From positions 124,001 through 188,000 of the forward strand of contig NIVC01000479.1 in the NCBI GenBank assembly GCA_002269645.1: a DNA stretch of 64,000 bases, read 5' to 3'. Within the stretch, counting starts at the first letter, position 1. The number at the start of each line of letters is the position of its first letter. A program made the position numbers and the translations under genes. The notes beneath the pieces are model-generated. The model did not search any database. It had not been told where the DNA came from and worked only from the letters and a program-made list of their open reading frames with translations. Positions 14,901 to 55,144 of the stretch are shown here, in pieces. Source of the DNA: Macrostomum lignano. Lineage: Eukaryota.

Positions 14901-17604
14901 CTAACTGCCCATGCAAACAAAAGATTTCAACTCGCTGAGACCTTTGGACTTTCGTTCGCAGTTTGCGTTGATGAACAGGCATCTGGAGTTGGTGGGGTTG
15001 TTGATTTCATGAAGTGCATGTATGTTTTTGTAACATCGAAGCAAAAGATAGCAATAACACCTGTTAGACAGAGGGTATCACACTTGTTAGATGACAATCA
15101 CACCTGATAGATAGAGGGTGTCACATCTGTTGGACAGAGGGCGTCAAACCTGTTACACAGATGACAATCACACCTGTTAGACAGAGGGTGTCGCACCTGT
15201 TAGACAGAGGGTGTCACACCTTTTAGACAGAGGGTGTCGCACCTGTTAGACAGAGGGTACCACACCTACCTTTTAGACAGAGGGTATCACACCTGTTAGA
15301 CAGGGTGTCACACCTTTTAGACAGAGGATATCACACCTTTTAGACAGAGGGTATCACACCTGCTAGACAGAGGGTGTTACACCTGTTAGACAGAGGGTTT
15401 CTCAGCTGGACTGTTAGACAGATGGTAGTCACACCTTTTAGACAGGATGTCACACCTACAGTTGTTATCACCACTCATCGAGCATCCTAGGCATGAAAAC
15501 GACAAGTTAATCTGGGTACATATGTAATCTAAATGGATTAACATAATTATCCAAATGATCGCAGGTACACCTCACGTGTTATTGAACCGCAGGATTGTCC
15601 TGTCGTCGATGGCAGCGGCGCAGATTGGAACAACGACGCTGTTATCGCAGGGATAGCTGCTGCAGGCGCAGGTCGCTGTGCCATCGGCTGAGGAGATGCT
15701 GCACTCGTGAAACTGGGGGCACTCCTTGCGCTCGCAGTTGCCTTAATTTTAGTCGAGTTTAGTTGGCGCCATAAAACATGATTTCATCCTGACAGGATTC
15801 CCCCAAACCATTTTTATTGCTGCTCCAGAAGGGAGCAACTCGGGCACACGAAATTCAAGAACACGGGTTAACTTTTTGTTGCGCACCTTATCAAACAAGA
15901 GTCAAGTCGCCAGCCCTCTGGACTGTCGAGATATTCGACGATTCTGCCAAAATGTCGGATTTTTCCCATAGGCACTAGTGTATTCAGTACATCCCTGTGC
16001 GCCAATCGGCACTGCGCCTCAGTGCAGCCTTGCCAAGCCTCCAAATTTCATCAGCACGTCGAACACACGTGTCTGCAACAGGTCTGACTTCGTTGGTCAC
16101 TGGCCTTCACCCAGGCGGAGCTTCTGGACCTTCAACAGGTGGCATCAGGTGACTATGGACACCCTGTTGCAGATTTATCTAGTTTCGCTGATCAAGACTT
16201 CTCAGAGCTATTTAAAGAGCTTAAAATACTTCTGAGAGCTCCAGAAATGTTAAATGTATGATGAAAAATCTCGCTCGGAGTTGAAATTTGGAGGCTTGGC
16301 ACCCGCTTAGTAACTCGACGGGCGCAAAATGGCGTTGGAAAATGGAAAAACATGCTCAATCCGAACAACAACTGGACATCCGAAAATAGGCCAAGCTCAA
16401 CTGTTACAATCAGCAACTCACTTTTGCATTTTCCTGTCGAAGCAAAACTCGCATCGGCCGTGGAATATTCGAATTTGCAGTAGGACCCGGACACGCACTG
16501 TCCGTCTGTTTTGCACTCCTCGTTTACTTCCTTGAAGTTGGTTGACTCGCAGTTTTAGTTTGTCCGCAATGGCAACTTTGCTCATTCTAATTGGTCTTCC
16601 GGTTCCATCTATTTTTGTTTTGAACCCCAATCTTTTCTTGCCTCCCAATCTAATCTCAATTAATAGCAATATCTCAATCTATCTCATCGGATCTCCCAAT
16701 CTAATCTTAACTTAATCTTACCTGATCTCTAAATATAATCTGAACATGATCCTCCAATCTTATCTCACCCGACCTCTCAACTAATCTCATCTGATCTCCC
16801 CTGGGTCCAGTCTCACCCGATCGCCCCAACTAATCTAACCCAACCTCCCAATCTAATCGCACCCGATCTCGCAATCTAATCTCATCTGATCTTCCATGGA
16901 TTGAATCTCACTCAATACTCCAATCTAATCTCACCCGATCTCCCAATCTAATCTCACCCGACCTCCCAATCTAATCTCACCGGACCTCCCAATCTAATCT
17001 CAGCCGATCCTCCCAATCTAATCTCACCTCATCTCCCAATCTAATCCCACCTTATCTCCCAATCTAATCTTGCATTATCTCCCAATCTAATCTCACCTGA
17101 TCTTCCAATCTAATCTCACCTTATCTCCCAATCTAATCTCACCTTATCTCCCAATCTAATCTCACCTTATCTCCCAATCTAATCTCACCTTATCCTCCAA
17201 TCTAATCTCACCTGATCTTCCAATCTAATCTCACCTGATCTTCCAATCTAATCTCACCTTATCTCCCAATCTAATCTCACCTGATCTTCCAATCTAATCT
17301 CACCTTATCTCACAATCCAATCTCAACCATCTTCCCTGGATCTAATCTCACCTTATTTCCCAATCTATCTCACCGATCTTCCCTGGATCCAACATCAACC
17401 AATCTCCCAATCAAAGCTCACCGAGCCGCACAGACAGACGCACATCTTGCTGCCGATAGTCTTGGTGAAGCTGCGGCCCTGAGACTTCTCAACGGGGGGC
17501 CTGCAGCCGCACTCGGCCTGGCTGCAGACGTCAATCCCGCTGGCGGTCTGTCCGGTTGCCATAGCAACCAATACAACGGTTAGAATGGCTAGGCTCAGCT
17601 GCAT
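14901..17604 (-). CDS. Secreted cysteine-rich protein with follistatin-N/Kazal-like module; exons 17604-17422, 16586-16422, 15741-15576, 15060-14901
   Basis: Signal peptide MQLSLAILTVVLVAMATG. Splice phases 0/1/2 join consistently. Exon 3 reads NCERKECPQFHEC...ATCACSSYPCDNSVVVPICAAA...FNNT|C (FOLN+Kazal-like Cys spacing). Exon 2 needs one extra base in the T4 run at 16553-16556, or alternatively a weak GAG acceptor. Confidence 0.7.
15055..15460. repeat. 23-bp intronic minisatellite (acacctgttagacagagggtgtc); terminal unit supplies the splice acceptor
   Basis: The minus-strand unit contains ctaacag|gtg, the acceptor used at 15061. Confidence 0.9.
16670..17410. repeat. About 23-bp intronic minisatellite (ctcccaatctaatctcaccttat)
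   Basis: Direct reading. Confidence 0.93.
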
Positions 17605-18199
17605 CGTGCTCAAAGTCAGTTGCAGAAAATACGAGTCTTACCGTGCCTTAAACTGCTCAAAACTCTTTCCCTTTTTAAGTTCCCAAATAGGGATTTTTTG
17701 CTCCCAAGTAGAGTAGGAAATGTTTCCCATATTGTTAGCGGAACAGACTGCTCCGCAGTCGCCGTTGGTGTCCAATTTCGCTTCAAGAAACGTCCCTGGC
17801 TCAACTGCAGCATCTGGTCGCAATCTGTTCCCGTGTTTTTCTTGCTGTCTGGCTGTGTATTGTCTTTTTCTTCTAGAAGAGAAAGGCTAGAAATCTTTAC
17901 TGAACCCGAGTAGGCGGCCGATCAAAAAACTGAAAATTTTGGAGTCCAATATCCCTTTGGTGGAATCTCGGGGAGTATTTCTGTAATGCTATACGATTTC
18001 GATTGTAGAATTCAGTTTTTAAAGAATAGCCTATTCTGAGAAATAGCTCTATGAATGTCTTGTAAAGCTCTTGACTTTCGATTTAGTGATTATTGTCTGA
18101 TACTGTGAGATGCGCATATTCTGAAAGGATTTTCCCTTAACTAGTAATTGTGTGTCCGAGTGTAACAGTCTGTAGTTTCCTTTGTATTGGCTTTTGTTG

Positions 18200-18660
18200 T
18201 CTGTATCTGGCTGTATATCTGTCTGTATATCTATCTGTATCTGGCTGTATATCTGTCTGTATATCTATCTGTATCTGGCTGTATATCTGTCTGTATATCT
18301 TTCTGTATATCTGTCTGTATCTGGCTGTATATCTGGCTGTACATCTGGCTGTATCTGGCTGTAAATCTGGCTGTATATCTGGCTGTATCTGGCTGTATCT
18401 GGCTGTGTATCTGACTGTATCTGTCTGTATATCTGTCTGTATCTGTCTGTATATCTGTCTGTATCTGTCTGTATATCTGTCTGTATATCTGGCTGTATAT
18501 CTGTCTGTATCTGGCTGTATATCTGTCTGTATATCTGGCTGTATATCTGGCTGTATATCTGGCTGTATATCTGGCTGTATATCTGGCTGTATATCTGGCT
18601 GTATCAGCCGTTTTGTATCTGGGATGTTTCTATATGTATTTGTCTGTATCTGCCTGTATT
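18200..18660. repeat. 10-bp satellite (tatctggctg/tatctgtctg)
   Basis: Direct reading. Confidence 0.93.
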
Positions 18661-19220
18661 TTTTGAGATTTAAGACTTCAAATGAAAAGTTTAACAGGAA
18701 AGTGTCTAGAAAAGTATGCTTGAAATTTAAGTTGTTATGTTTTTAACTACTCGTAAGCGTTTCATTCTACACTACTGTTAGTAAAATATCGAAAATTTAT
18801 TTAATAAACTTTCGGTACTGGCTACTTTTAGTACGCAAAATAAAATAAATGTTTTTCATTGTTTAAAAATTCGTCGCGTTATAACAAATCGCATAGAACT
18901 TGCTTCTAAAAATAGCAACGCCCTTCAGTCCACTTGAACGTACGAAGAATTGCTGAGTGCAGTTCCCCCCCCCCTGTCTCACCCCTTGCCTGTATCGATC
19001 TGGAAAATTCTTTTTGAACAGTCGGTTTGTCAATTCAAGGAGACAAAAGTGTGTGGGGACCCCCCCTTCCCCAGCCGAGCTGCACCCTGCTAAAATATTA
19101 ATAGATCGATTTTCTTTTTCAATTCAATTCAATTCCATATTGCTGGCTGGCTATGCCTACTTCAAGGCTAGAGGGAGAGCTTTGAAAGCTGAAGAAGGTC
19201 GGATCCTCCAAAGCCCCCGC

Positions 19221-24388
<5,168 letters not shown>

Positions 24389-24404
24389 CGCTTCTGATGT
24401 GTCA

Positions 24405-25015
24405 GGAGGCCTGACTTGATGTGTCAGGACTGCCAGTTTGAGTGTGTCAGGACTGCCAGTTTGAGTGTGTCAGGACTGCCAGTTTGAGTGTGTCAGGACT
24501 GCCAGTTTGAGTGTGTCAGGACTGCCAGTTTGAGTGTGTCAGGACTGCCAGTTTGAGTGTGTCAGGACTGCCAGTTTGAGTGTGTCAGGACTGCCAGTTT
24601 GAGTGTGTCAGGACTGCCAGTTTGAGTGTGTCAGGACCGCAAATTTGAGTGTGTCAGGACTGCCAGTTTGAGTGTGTCAGGACTGCCAGTTTGAGTGTGT
24701 CAGGACTGCCAGTTTGAGTGTGTCAGGACTGCCAGTTTGAGTGTGTCAGGACCGCAAATTTGAGTGTGTCAGGACTGCCAGTTTGAGTGTGTCAGGACTG
24801 CCAGTTTGAGTGTGTCAGGACTGCCAGTTTGAGTGTGTCAGGACCGCAAATTTGAGTGTGTCAGGACCGCAAATTTGAGTGTGTCAGGACTGCCAGTTTG
24901 AGTGTGTCAGGACCGCAAATTTGAGTGTGTCAGGACCGCAAATTTGAGTGTGTCAGGACTGCCAGTTTGAGTGTGTCAGGACCGCAAATTTGAGTGTGTC
25001 AGGACTGCCACCTTG
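24405..25015. repeat. 23-bp minisatellite (gtgtcaggactgccagtttgagt)
   Basis: About 26 copies in two variants. Confidence 0.96.
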
Positions 25016-25399
25016 AGCGTTAGTTTTCTCTTTCACTGTTTTGCATTCATTTGTAAATTGTACTTTCCGAAACTGTGTGTGTTACAGACACTATGAAATT
25101 ACTCACATAAATAGTTACTCTTTTGTGTTGTTCCAGTCAGTAGGTTGTACTCTGAACCAAACCTGTTGCCCATAGGAAATTTCTGCACGATATTTAACAG
25201 TTCTATTGGGTACAAGCTCATACCAGCAAGAGTTTATTGCAATAAGGATATTCTTCCCTATGCAGAGCAACCGTAGCTTTATAATCAATGCATGCGGTCC
25301 GCTTATAGTCAACATTAAAATATTGATCCATTGAGTGAGCAGTTGGATAAATGTGTCCTGTGCAGCCAGAGGCTTTGGATCTCATGCACTAAAATGAGA

Positions 25400-25471
25400 G
25401 GAGTGATATGAGATGGAGAGAGTGGAGTGGAGTGGAAGAGAGATGAGAGGGAGAGAGATGAGAGGGAGAGA

Positions 25472-25507
<36 letters not shown>

Positions 25508-25650
25508 GAGGGAGAGAGATGAGAGAGATATATATTAGAGGGAGAGAGATGAGAGGGAGAGAGATGAGAGGGAGAGAGATGAGAGGGAGAGAGATGAGAG
25601 GGAGAGAGATGAGATGTGAGAGATTAGAGGGAGAGAGATGAGAGGGATGA
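25400..25650. repeat. GA-rich simple repeat (gagatgagagggaga)
   Basis: Direct reading. Confidence 0.9.
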
Positions 25651-26380
25651 TAGAAGTAGATTACAAGATGAAGCTCAAATAGAGTTATGTTAGTTTTTCA
25701 AATTTCATGCCCCCGCTACTCATTTCCAAAATAAGCAGACCGCTGTGACACTCTAACGGAGGTGTACAAAACGCATTAACAAAAGTCATGCATAGATGCA
25801 GGTGCTGTGTACAGAGTTGGTCAATGATGCATCTTGACTCAGCCAGAACCACTGTGTTCATTGTGGAGCAAAAATACATGTATCTGATATAAATATGTTT
25901 TTTTTTATTTTTTGTTCCGAGTAGCTAAGGGTTTTACATGCGCAGAGAGGGAGGACAAGAGACAAAGATCGAGATCGAGGCTCAAAAATACAAAAATATA
26001 CAGACGTCATGAAGTTTAGGTTTTCCCCTTGTTTACAATACGACAACTTTAGATATACAACTGGCCAAACTCTGTAGTAAATAAATACACGAATTGCATT
26101 GTTATAATGAAGTAATTTCAGTTCAATATATTGTCAAAAATTTTGTTAAAAATAGAAAACATTCCGTGATATTTTCATGGTTATCAATCACAATTTAAAC
26201 TCATTTAACTCTGAATGAGTGTAGTTGTCTTTTGAATCTGTTAAATCTGAAGTTTTCCAATTTGAAAATAGTGACGACACTTGCTGTGAGCACAAATTTA
26301 AAAGGAAAAAAATTGACGAAGTGCACACTGCTCTATTTCCAGAAAATAGGTAGCTAGTTATCCTTAAAATGCAACACGAT

Positions 26381-26838
26381 TTCTAAGAAAGAGGACAACA
26401 AAAACGCAAACGCGGGCAGCGAGCATCGCTTTCCAAGAAACGGGAATTATCATTGCTCACGTCAACTTTCTAAGAAACGATAATCATCATCGCGCAGTAA
26501 CTTTTCTAAGAAACGGGAATTATTATTGCTCACGTCAACTTTCTAAGAAACGATAATCATCATCGCGCAGTAACTTTTCTAAGAAACGGGAATTATTATT
26601 GCTCACGTCAACTTTCTAAGAAACGATAATCATCATCGCGCAGTAACTTTTCTAAGAAACGGGAATTATTATTGCATTCGTCACTTTCCTAGAAATAGGA
26701 ATTTAGTGCGTAAATACGAGCGTAACATTCCAGGAAACAGGGATGATTATCGATAATGGATAAACTTTCCAAGAAACAGTAATATTCAGCGCCTTTCTAA
26801 GAAATGATTTTCACGTACACGCATCCTTTTCCAAGAAA
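26381..26838. promoter_or_regulatory. Array of 13 TTCYNRGAA palindromes (STAT/BCL6-type consensus) at 28-50 bp spacing; central part is a 73-bp dimeric repeat
   Basis: Sites start at 26381, 26431, 26468, 26504, 26541, 26577, 26614, 26650, 26686, 26728, 26767, 26795, 26829. Regulatory function is inferred only. Confidence 0.45.
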
Positions 26839-26953
26839 TGGATAATCTACAGCCATACTCGTACAGCATAGGTAAGGTCAATGAACACTAACGCGACAAT
26901 CTATCAGTCAAATAGAAGCTACACCAGAAATACTACCAAAAAATTGGATTTTT

Positions 26954-49232
<22,279 letters not shown>

Positions 49233-50404
49233 CGCGCTGTTGCTATGACGACGGCGCGACGAGTTTCGGTGTCTGAATTTAAATAATTTTGCTTAAAATT
49301 GTTTATTTAATTTTGCTAAAAATTATTTATTAAAAATCTTTTCAATGCTACTTGTAGGCTCATATGGACAGTAGTATGATAAGGCACCGATAATGATGAC
49401 AAAATCTTAAAAGGAATTTATAGGCTAGAGCGGATCACAGATACTAAAATAAATGGGCCACTCTGGATATATATATATACTTTGTAAAGCAGCCTTCTAC
49501 TTTCAGTTCAGTAGCAAAGAATACTAAGAAGGCAGCTGAGATGACTTTGATAAGTTTAGAAGGCCAAGCTTGCAGGCGTAAACAACTTTCTAATTGGTTC
49601 AGCAACAATCTACATTAGCCAGTCCACTGAAATGTACATGGCATCTTTAGGCTGGAATTCCGAGAAGGGCAATAAAAATTGGGGCAGGAGGGGTAGTGTG
49701 GGACAGGCGCGGTTTGGGGGTTTAAGCTGCAAGGGGGTAAGAGCCAATAAATGAACCTTAACTTTAAAATACACTAAAATGCTTCAGTTTAACCTACTAC
49801 TGAACTGAAAGTAGCTTACACGCAAATGTGCTGAGTGGCCCATCCAGCTATTCTATTTGTGGTGCGGATCGACATCAATTTTTCGCGAGGATAACTGAAA
49901 AATTGTAACAACAGCGCTTCTTGCACCCGCAGTATCTACACAGTCAGACTGGACTGCACTGAGGAAGGTGAGGGATTAGAATCCCTACATCGTCTGGAAA
50001 CAAGTTCAGTCGTTTTTAATCCATCTAACGCATTGACGGCATGGCATTGCTGGGAACTCACGCCGCGCATTTTAGCTTAGCTTTTATCCTTTGAGTATAG
50101 CCAGCAGAAATCATTTTTGTAGCGAAAAAGGAGAGGCATGGGGAGATGCACGGGAGCCCTGACGACTCTCGGAGCTTTAAGCCAAGCTTTAGAAAGATTT
50201 GGGATTTCGGGGAGCGGAGCTGAGATACGGGTCAGGAATTTAAAACATCCCCCATTTATCCCTAAGAGGCATTTCGTTTGCTGACTCAAATCCACAAAGC
50301 TGTGTTGGCTACAGAATGTGCGATTTTCGCCACTGCTGCTGGCTTAGGGATCAAAGTGCAGGATGTACTTCTTCAGATTGATTTTAGCGGCTTTGCAAAC
50401 ACTT

Positions 50405-51055
50405 TCTGGCGCCTAGAATCTCATTGTGGCGCACAGACACTCATTGTGGCGCACAGACACTCATTGTGGCGCACAGACACTCATTGTGGCGCACAGGCAC
50501 TCATTGTGGCGCAAAGACACTCATTGTGGCGCACAGGCACTCATTGTGGCGCAAAGACACTCATTGTGGCGCCTAGACTCTCATTGTGGCGCCTAGACTC
50601 TGATTGTGGCGCCTAAACTCTCATTGTGGCGCCTAGACTCTGATTGGGGCGCCTAGACTCTCATTGTGGCGCCTAGACTCATTGTGGCGCATAGACACTA
50701 ATTGTGGCGCCTAGACTCTGATTGTGGCGCCTAGACTCTCAGTGTGGCGCCTAAACTCTCATTGTGGCGCCTAAACTCTCATTGTGGCGCCTAGACTCTG
50801 ATTGTGGCGCCTAAACTCTGATTGTGGCGCCTTAACTCTCATTGTGGCGCCTAGACTCTGATTGTGGCGCCTAGACTCTCATTGTGGCGCCTAGACTCTC
50901 AGTGTGGCGCCTAAACTCTCATTGTGGCGCCTAGACTCTGATTGTGGCGCCTAGACTCTCATTGTGGCGCCTAGACTCTCAGTGTGGCGCCTAAACTCTC
51001 ATTGTGGCGCCTAAACTCTCATTGTGGCGCCTAGACTCTGATTGTGGCGCACAGA
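50405..51055. repeat. 20-bp minisatellite (cattgtggcgcctagactct)
   Basis: Direct reading. Confidence 0.94.
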
Positions 51056-51293
51056 CACGGGAAATCAACATTATTGGCGTCAAAAATTACTAAATTAGCC
51101 TAGTAGCAGAGAATATGCCAGTTATGAAAATAGAACTCAGATAGGAGTCGAGTTATTGACATATTAGCAATCGAGAATGCGATGTACTCCTGTCTTAAAA
51201 CAATGTTTATTAATATTTTCTATTTTTTGCGCTCCTAGAAAACCGCGCCATGCATGATACTGGCGGGCCCTTATTCCCAATCTTCAAGCTCAC

Positions 51294-51497
51294 GCTGTGC
51301 ACCTGGTTGGTTCGCTCAGGCAAGGCAGCTCAAATCTCTTTCATCTCCACTCCCCTGTAGAAACACAGCAAGTCAGAGATCCTTTTCGTGACTTTCCGAT
51401 TGCTGGTTTAATTAGAAACCGATTGCAAAGCCCTGCAGGCTCCCCGCCTCATCGTGGCAATCTACTAAATGTCAGGTTGAGCTGATGAAAAGTGCAG
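51294..51497 (-). other. Candidate non-coding 5' UTR exon of the Stac-like gene
   Basis: Acceptor tatttcag| at 51498 and donor |gtgagc at 51293; all three frames are closed. A further upstream donor-bearing exon may end at 54476 (|gtgagt), and the first coding exon has an acceptor at 49273. Confidence 0.35.
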
Positions 51498-51799
51498 CTG
51501 AAATACAACAACAAAAATGAATTGAATTGGCCCCCTAATATCATCGCCTAGGTAAACGGCTACGAAGGTGTAAACTATGCAACGATATGCTCGCCAGCTA
51601 ACAAGCTATCTTTCTTTATGCTGAGCCTACTTGTATTTTCTAAGTATAAATTTTTAACTTTTTTGTATACATTTGTATACATATTTTTTTACGCTCGTAT
51701 TGACCCAACATTGACCTCATGACTATTCTCTTATTGGCTGAACCAGATTGGGTCTGTCCCCTAGGCTGAGTTTCGTCCGTCTGTCTGACTTTGACCGGG

Positions 51800-52375
51800 T
51801 CGCTTTCACAAGCGCTAAATTTCACAACCGCTAACGACATGGACTTTCACAAGCGCTAAACTTCACAAGCGCTAAACTTCACAAGCGCTAAACTTCACAA
51901 ACGCTAAACTTCACAACCGCTAAAACACAAATGTCGCCTACTTTCACAAGCGCTAAACTTCACAACCGCTAAAATAGTTTATTAGTATATTAGTATAGTA
52001 TATTAGTATTAGTATATTAGTATATATAGTAAATTAACATTTTAGCGCTTGTAAAAGAAACCGACATTCGTGTTTTGGGGATTGTAAAGGTTAGCGTTTG
52101 TGAAGTTTAGCGCTTGTGAAAGTAGGCGATATTTGTGTTTTAGCGGTTGTGAAGTTTAGCGCTTGTGAAAGTAGGTGACAAATTCGTAGCTAATGTGAAG
52201 TTTAGCGCTTGTGAAAGTAGGTGGTTTCGCTATTCTGAAGTTTAGCGCTTGTGAAGTTTAGCGCTTGTGAAACAAGTAAGTGAGTTATCGGTTATGAAGT
52301 TTAGCGTTTGTGAAATTTAGCGCTTGTGAAAGTAGGTGAGTTAGCGCTTATGAAAATTAGCGCTTGTGAAGCCTC
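51800..52375. mobile_element. Foldback/MITE-like element: inverted arms built of 16-bp ttcacaagcgctaaac units around an AT-rich spacer
   Basis: 51910-51965 is the reverse complement of 52098-52153 with 1 mismatch. Central (tagtatat) tract at about 51980-52030. Confidence 0.7.
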
Positions 52376-53654
52376 CCCCTTTAGACCTCTCTCCTTACTG
52401 CTCTCTCATTGGCTGAGCTAGATTGGGCCTGCACCCCCCCACCTAAGCTGAGTTTTGTCCGTCTGACTTTGACCTTCTCTCCTTACTGTTCTCTCATTGG
52501 CTGAGTTAGATTGGGTCTGCCCCCCCCTAGGCTGATTTTCGTCCGTCTTGCATTCACTTGTGTACATCGAAGTTGAATGTTTGCTGTTTATTCCTAACCC
52601 AATGTGCTCCGGAGGCCGCAAACACTGAGGAAAAAATGAAAATTTTAGCTGCCACATTAAATTTAAGAGACACTGCGCAGGCAAGCTACTGAAAGAAGAG
52701 TAGAAAATTTGTTGCAAGAGATATATCTAGCTCTAGTACTCAAACCTGTGATTACTAGGGTTAGGGGAATTAATTCGTGCGCTCTTCAAAAGTAGAAAGA
52801 TTAAAGACAGAAAATGCTTTGGCAATTTTATGATACAGAATCAATGAAATTCCGTGCTTCTGGAATCTATCATCTGCATCTAATCATCTCGCTGAACTGA
52901 TAGATGCAGACAGGTCATAAAAAAGCAGATCGGAGGTAGGAAAAATCATTTGCCTGCAGAAAGGCAGCAGGTGTTCGGACAACCCCGTTTGCTTGATTAT
53001 TTCCTCAAAAATATCTCCACTTTTTCTGCAATCTTTTCGACAATTTTCTCCAGCTGTGCATGTGCAGCTATTCAATCTGGGGAAATCATACAGTCAGAGC
53101 GGAAATGCCCCGTGCCTGTCTCCTGAGTCGAGTGAAACACGCACGAGAATAGCTATAGCTGCCCTAACTCGCTTGACACTAATGATTGAAGCCGAATGTC
53201 AGGTAGGCAGAGAGTTGAAGACCTGAGAATTGCCCAGTATAGTCAAACAGACAAGCGGCTGCGAACCACGCCCAGATAGAAAAAAATGAATTTCAGCTAG
53301 AATAATTAAAAAAGCTTAAAACATATTTTCAAAGGAAATGAAGACTTCGCGGATTAAAACAAAACGTATGCGACAACACAAAAAAATTGCTTGATGATGT
53401 TAACAGTACGTCATTATAACAAATTTAAGATAGAAATAAGATAAAAAAATAGGTATCAGATGTCTGCTCGAAATTTCGTTGACCAATTAAAGGCACTGAA
53501 GCATTGTTTCACATCCTGTTTTGATTTCTGCCTACGAATGACGCCAGTGCATACTAGAGATTCAGTGCAGGATTGCAGACTTCAGAGTACTTTTCCTGCG
53601 ATGTTTTAATCCCAAAAACAAATCCACGATGCTATTCTGTGTTTAATCCAAGGC

Positions 53655-54400
53655 TGTAGATTAGCAATCCATTCTATTCCTTATCTATAGGCTGTGGATT
53701 AGCAATCCATTCTATTCCTTATCTATAGGCTGTAGATTAGCAATCCATTCTATTCCTTATCTATAGGCTGTAGATTAGCAATCCATTCTATTCCTTATCT
53801 ATAGGCTGTAGATTAGCAATCCATTCTATTCCTTATCTATAGGCTGTAGATTAGCAATCCATTCTATTCCTTATCTATAGGCTGTGGATTAGCAATCCAT
53901 TCTATTCCTTATCTATAGGCTGTAGATTAGCAATCCATTCTATTCCTTATCTATAGGCTGTAGATTAGCAATCCATTCTATTCCTTATCTATAGGCTGTA
54001 GATTAGCAATCCATTCTATTCCTTATCTATAGGCTGTAGATTAGCAATCCATTCTATTCCTTATCTATAGGCTGTAGATTAGCAATCCATTCTATTCCTT
54101 ATCTATAGGCTGTGGATTAGCAATCCATTCTATTCCTTATCTATAGGCTGTAGATTAGCAATCCATTATATTCCTTATCTATAGGCTGTAGATTAGCAAT
54201 CCATTCTATTCCTTAATGCATAGACTATAGATTAGCAATCCATTCTATTCCTTATCTATAGGCTGTGGATTAGCAATTATCCATTCTATTCCTTAATGCA
54301 TAGACTATAGATTAGCAATCCATTCTATTCCTTATCTATAGGCTGTGGATTAGCAACCCATTCTATCCTTAATCCATAGGCTATAGATTAGCAATCCACT
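53655..54400 (+). repeat. 38-bp minisatellite with tagattagcaatccatt core
   Basis: Unit gtagattagcaatccattctattccttatctataggct. Confidence 0.96.
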
Positions 54401-55144
54401 TAGTGCCTTAATTATCTCCTTGACTCCAAATAGCCAGAAATACACGACTTCAGATGCACAGATTAAAAAACTCACCTCGTGCTCATCGGTAACGGGCCAA
54501 GGATAAAAGTTATTATAAAATGAACCAAACTATTATATATTTTTCCTCTTCAATACCCTACATAGACAGATGGAATTTTACTACAAAGCATGGTAAATAA
54601 ATAAAAACAACGGATCTTGCTGCGAGACACAAAGAGAGAAGCGCAGTTTAAGGTGCGCAGAGTAATATACCCTCGTTCCCGTTCTTGAGATCGGCAGTGA
54701 TTGGCTCTCTTCCATTGACTCTTGCATATGGAGACGAGAGGTGGGCGGGCAGCTCTAAGCTCTGGGGAGGGAACTGCAAGCGGAGCTTATTCCCTCTTCA
54801 TCCCCAGCCCCTATCCTTTATTGAATTCGCCTCACCTCTCGAGCGGCAAGCTATTTCCAAATTTATAAGCGGCACAGGTTTAACACCCCCTCACTTCCTT
54901 ACCGGGGCCACTGCACTCGGGCATCTGGGCAGACCTAGCTAACATCCGAAACGCTAAAAGCAACAATAGGCCGCCTGGTTTACTAACTGCTATTGTCAAT
55001 TGCATGCAGAGCCGCTAGACTAAACCAGTTTCTGTATTCTCCAAGGCGAAACAGCAAGCATTGTAGGACAATCGCACTCCAGTTATGAAATTCACCTGAT
55101 CCGCAAGACAGATTGTTATTCCTATTCTTTGCCTTGATATGGAG

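Noticed and set aside
14790-14903. Stop-codon readthrough of the Kazal-like gene (frame stays open about 35 codons with two Cys after TAG)
   Set aside because: An open stretch of this length is readily expected by chance.
25115-26046. Short minus-strand ORFs between CCDC149-like and Stac-like genes
   Set aside because: No homology recognised and no convincing splice structure.
26381-26838. CRISPR-like repeat/spacer appearance (also 31700-32640 and 57047-57387)
   Set aside because: Eukaryotic context, conserved part only 9-16 bp, spacers repeat within the array, and no cas genes.
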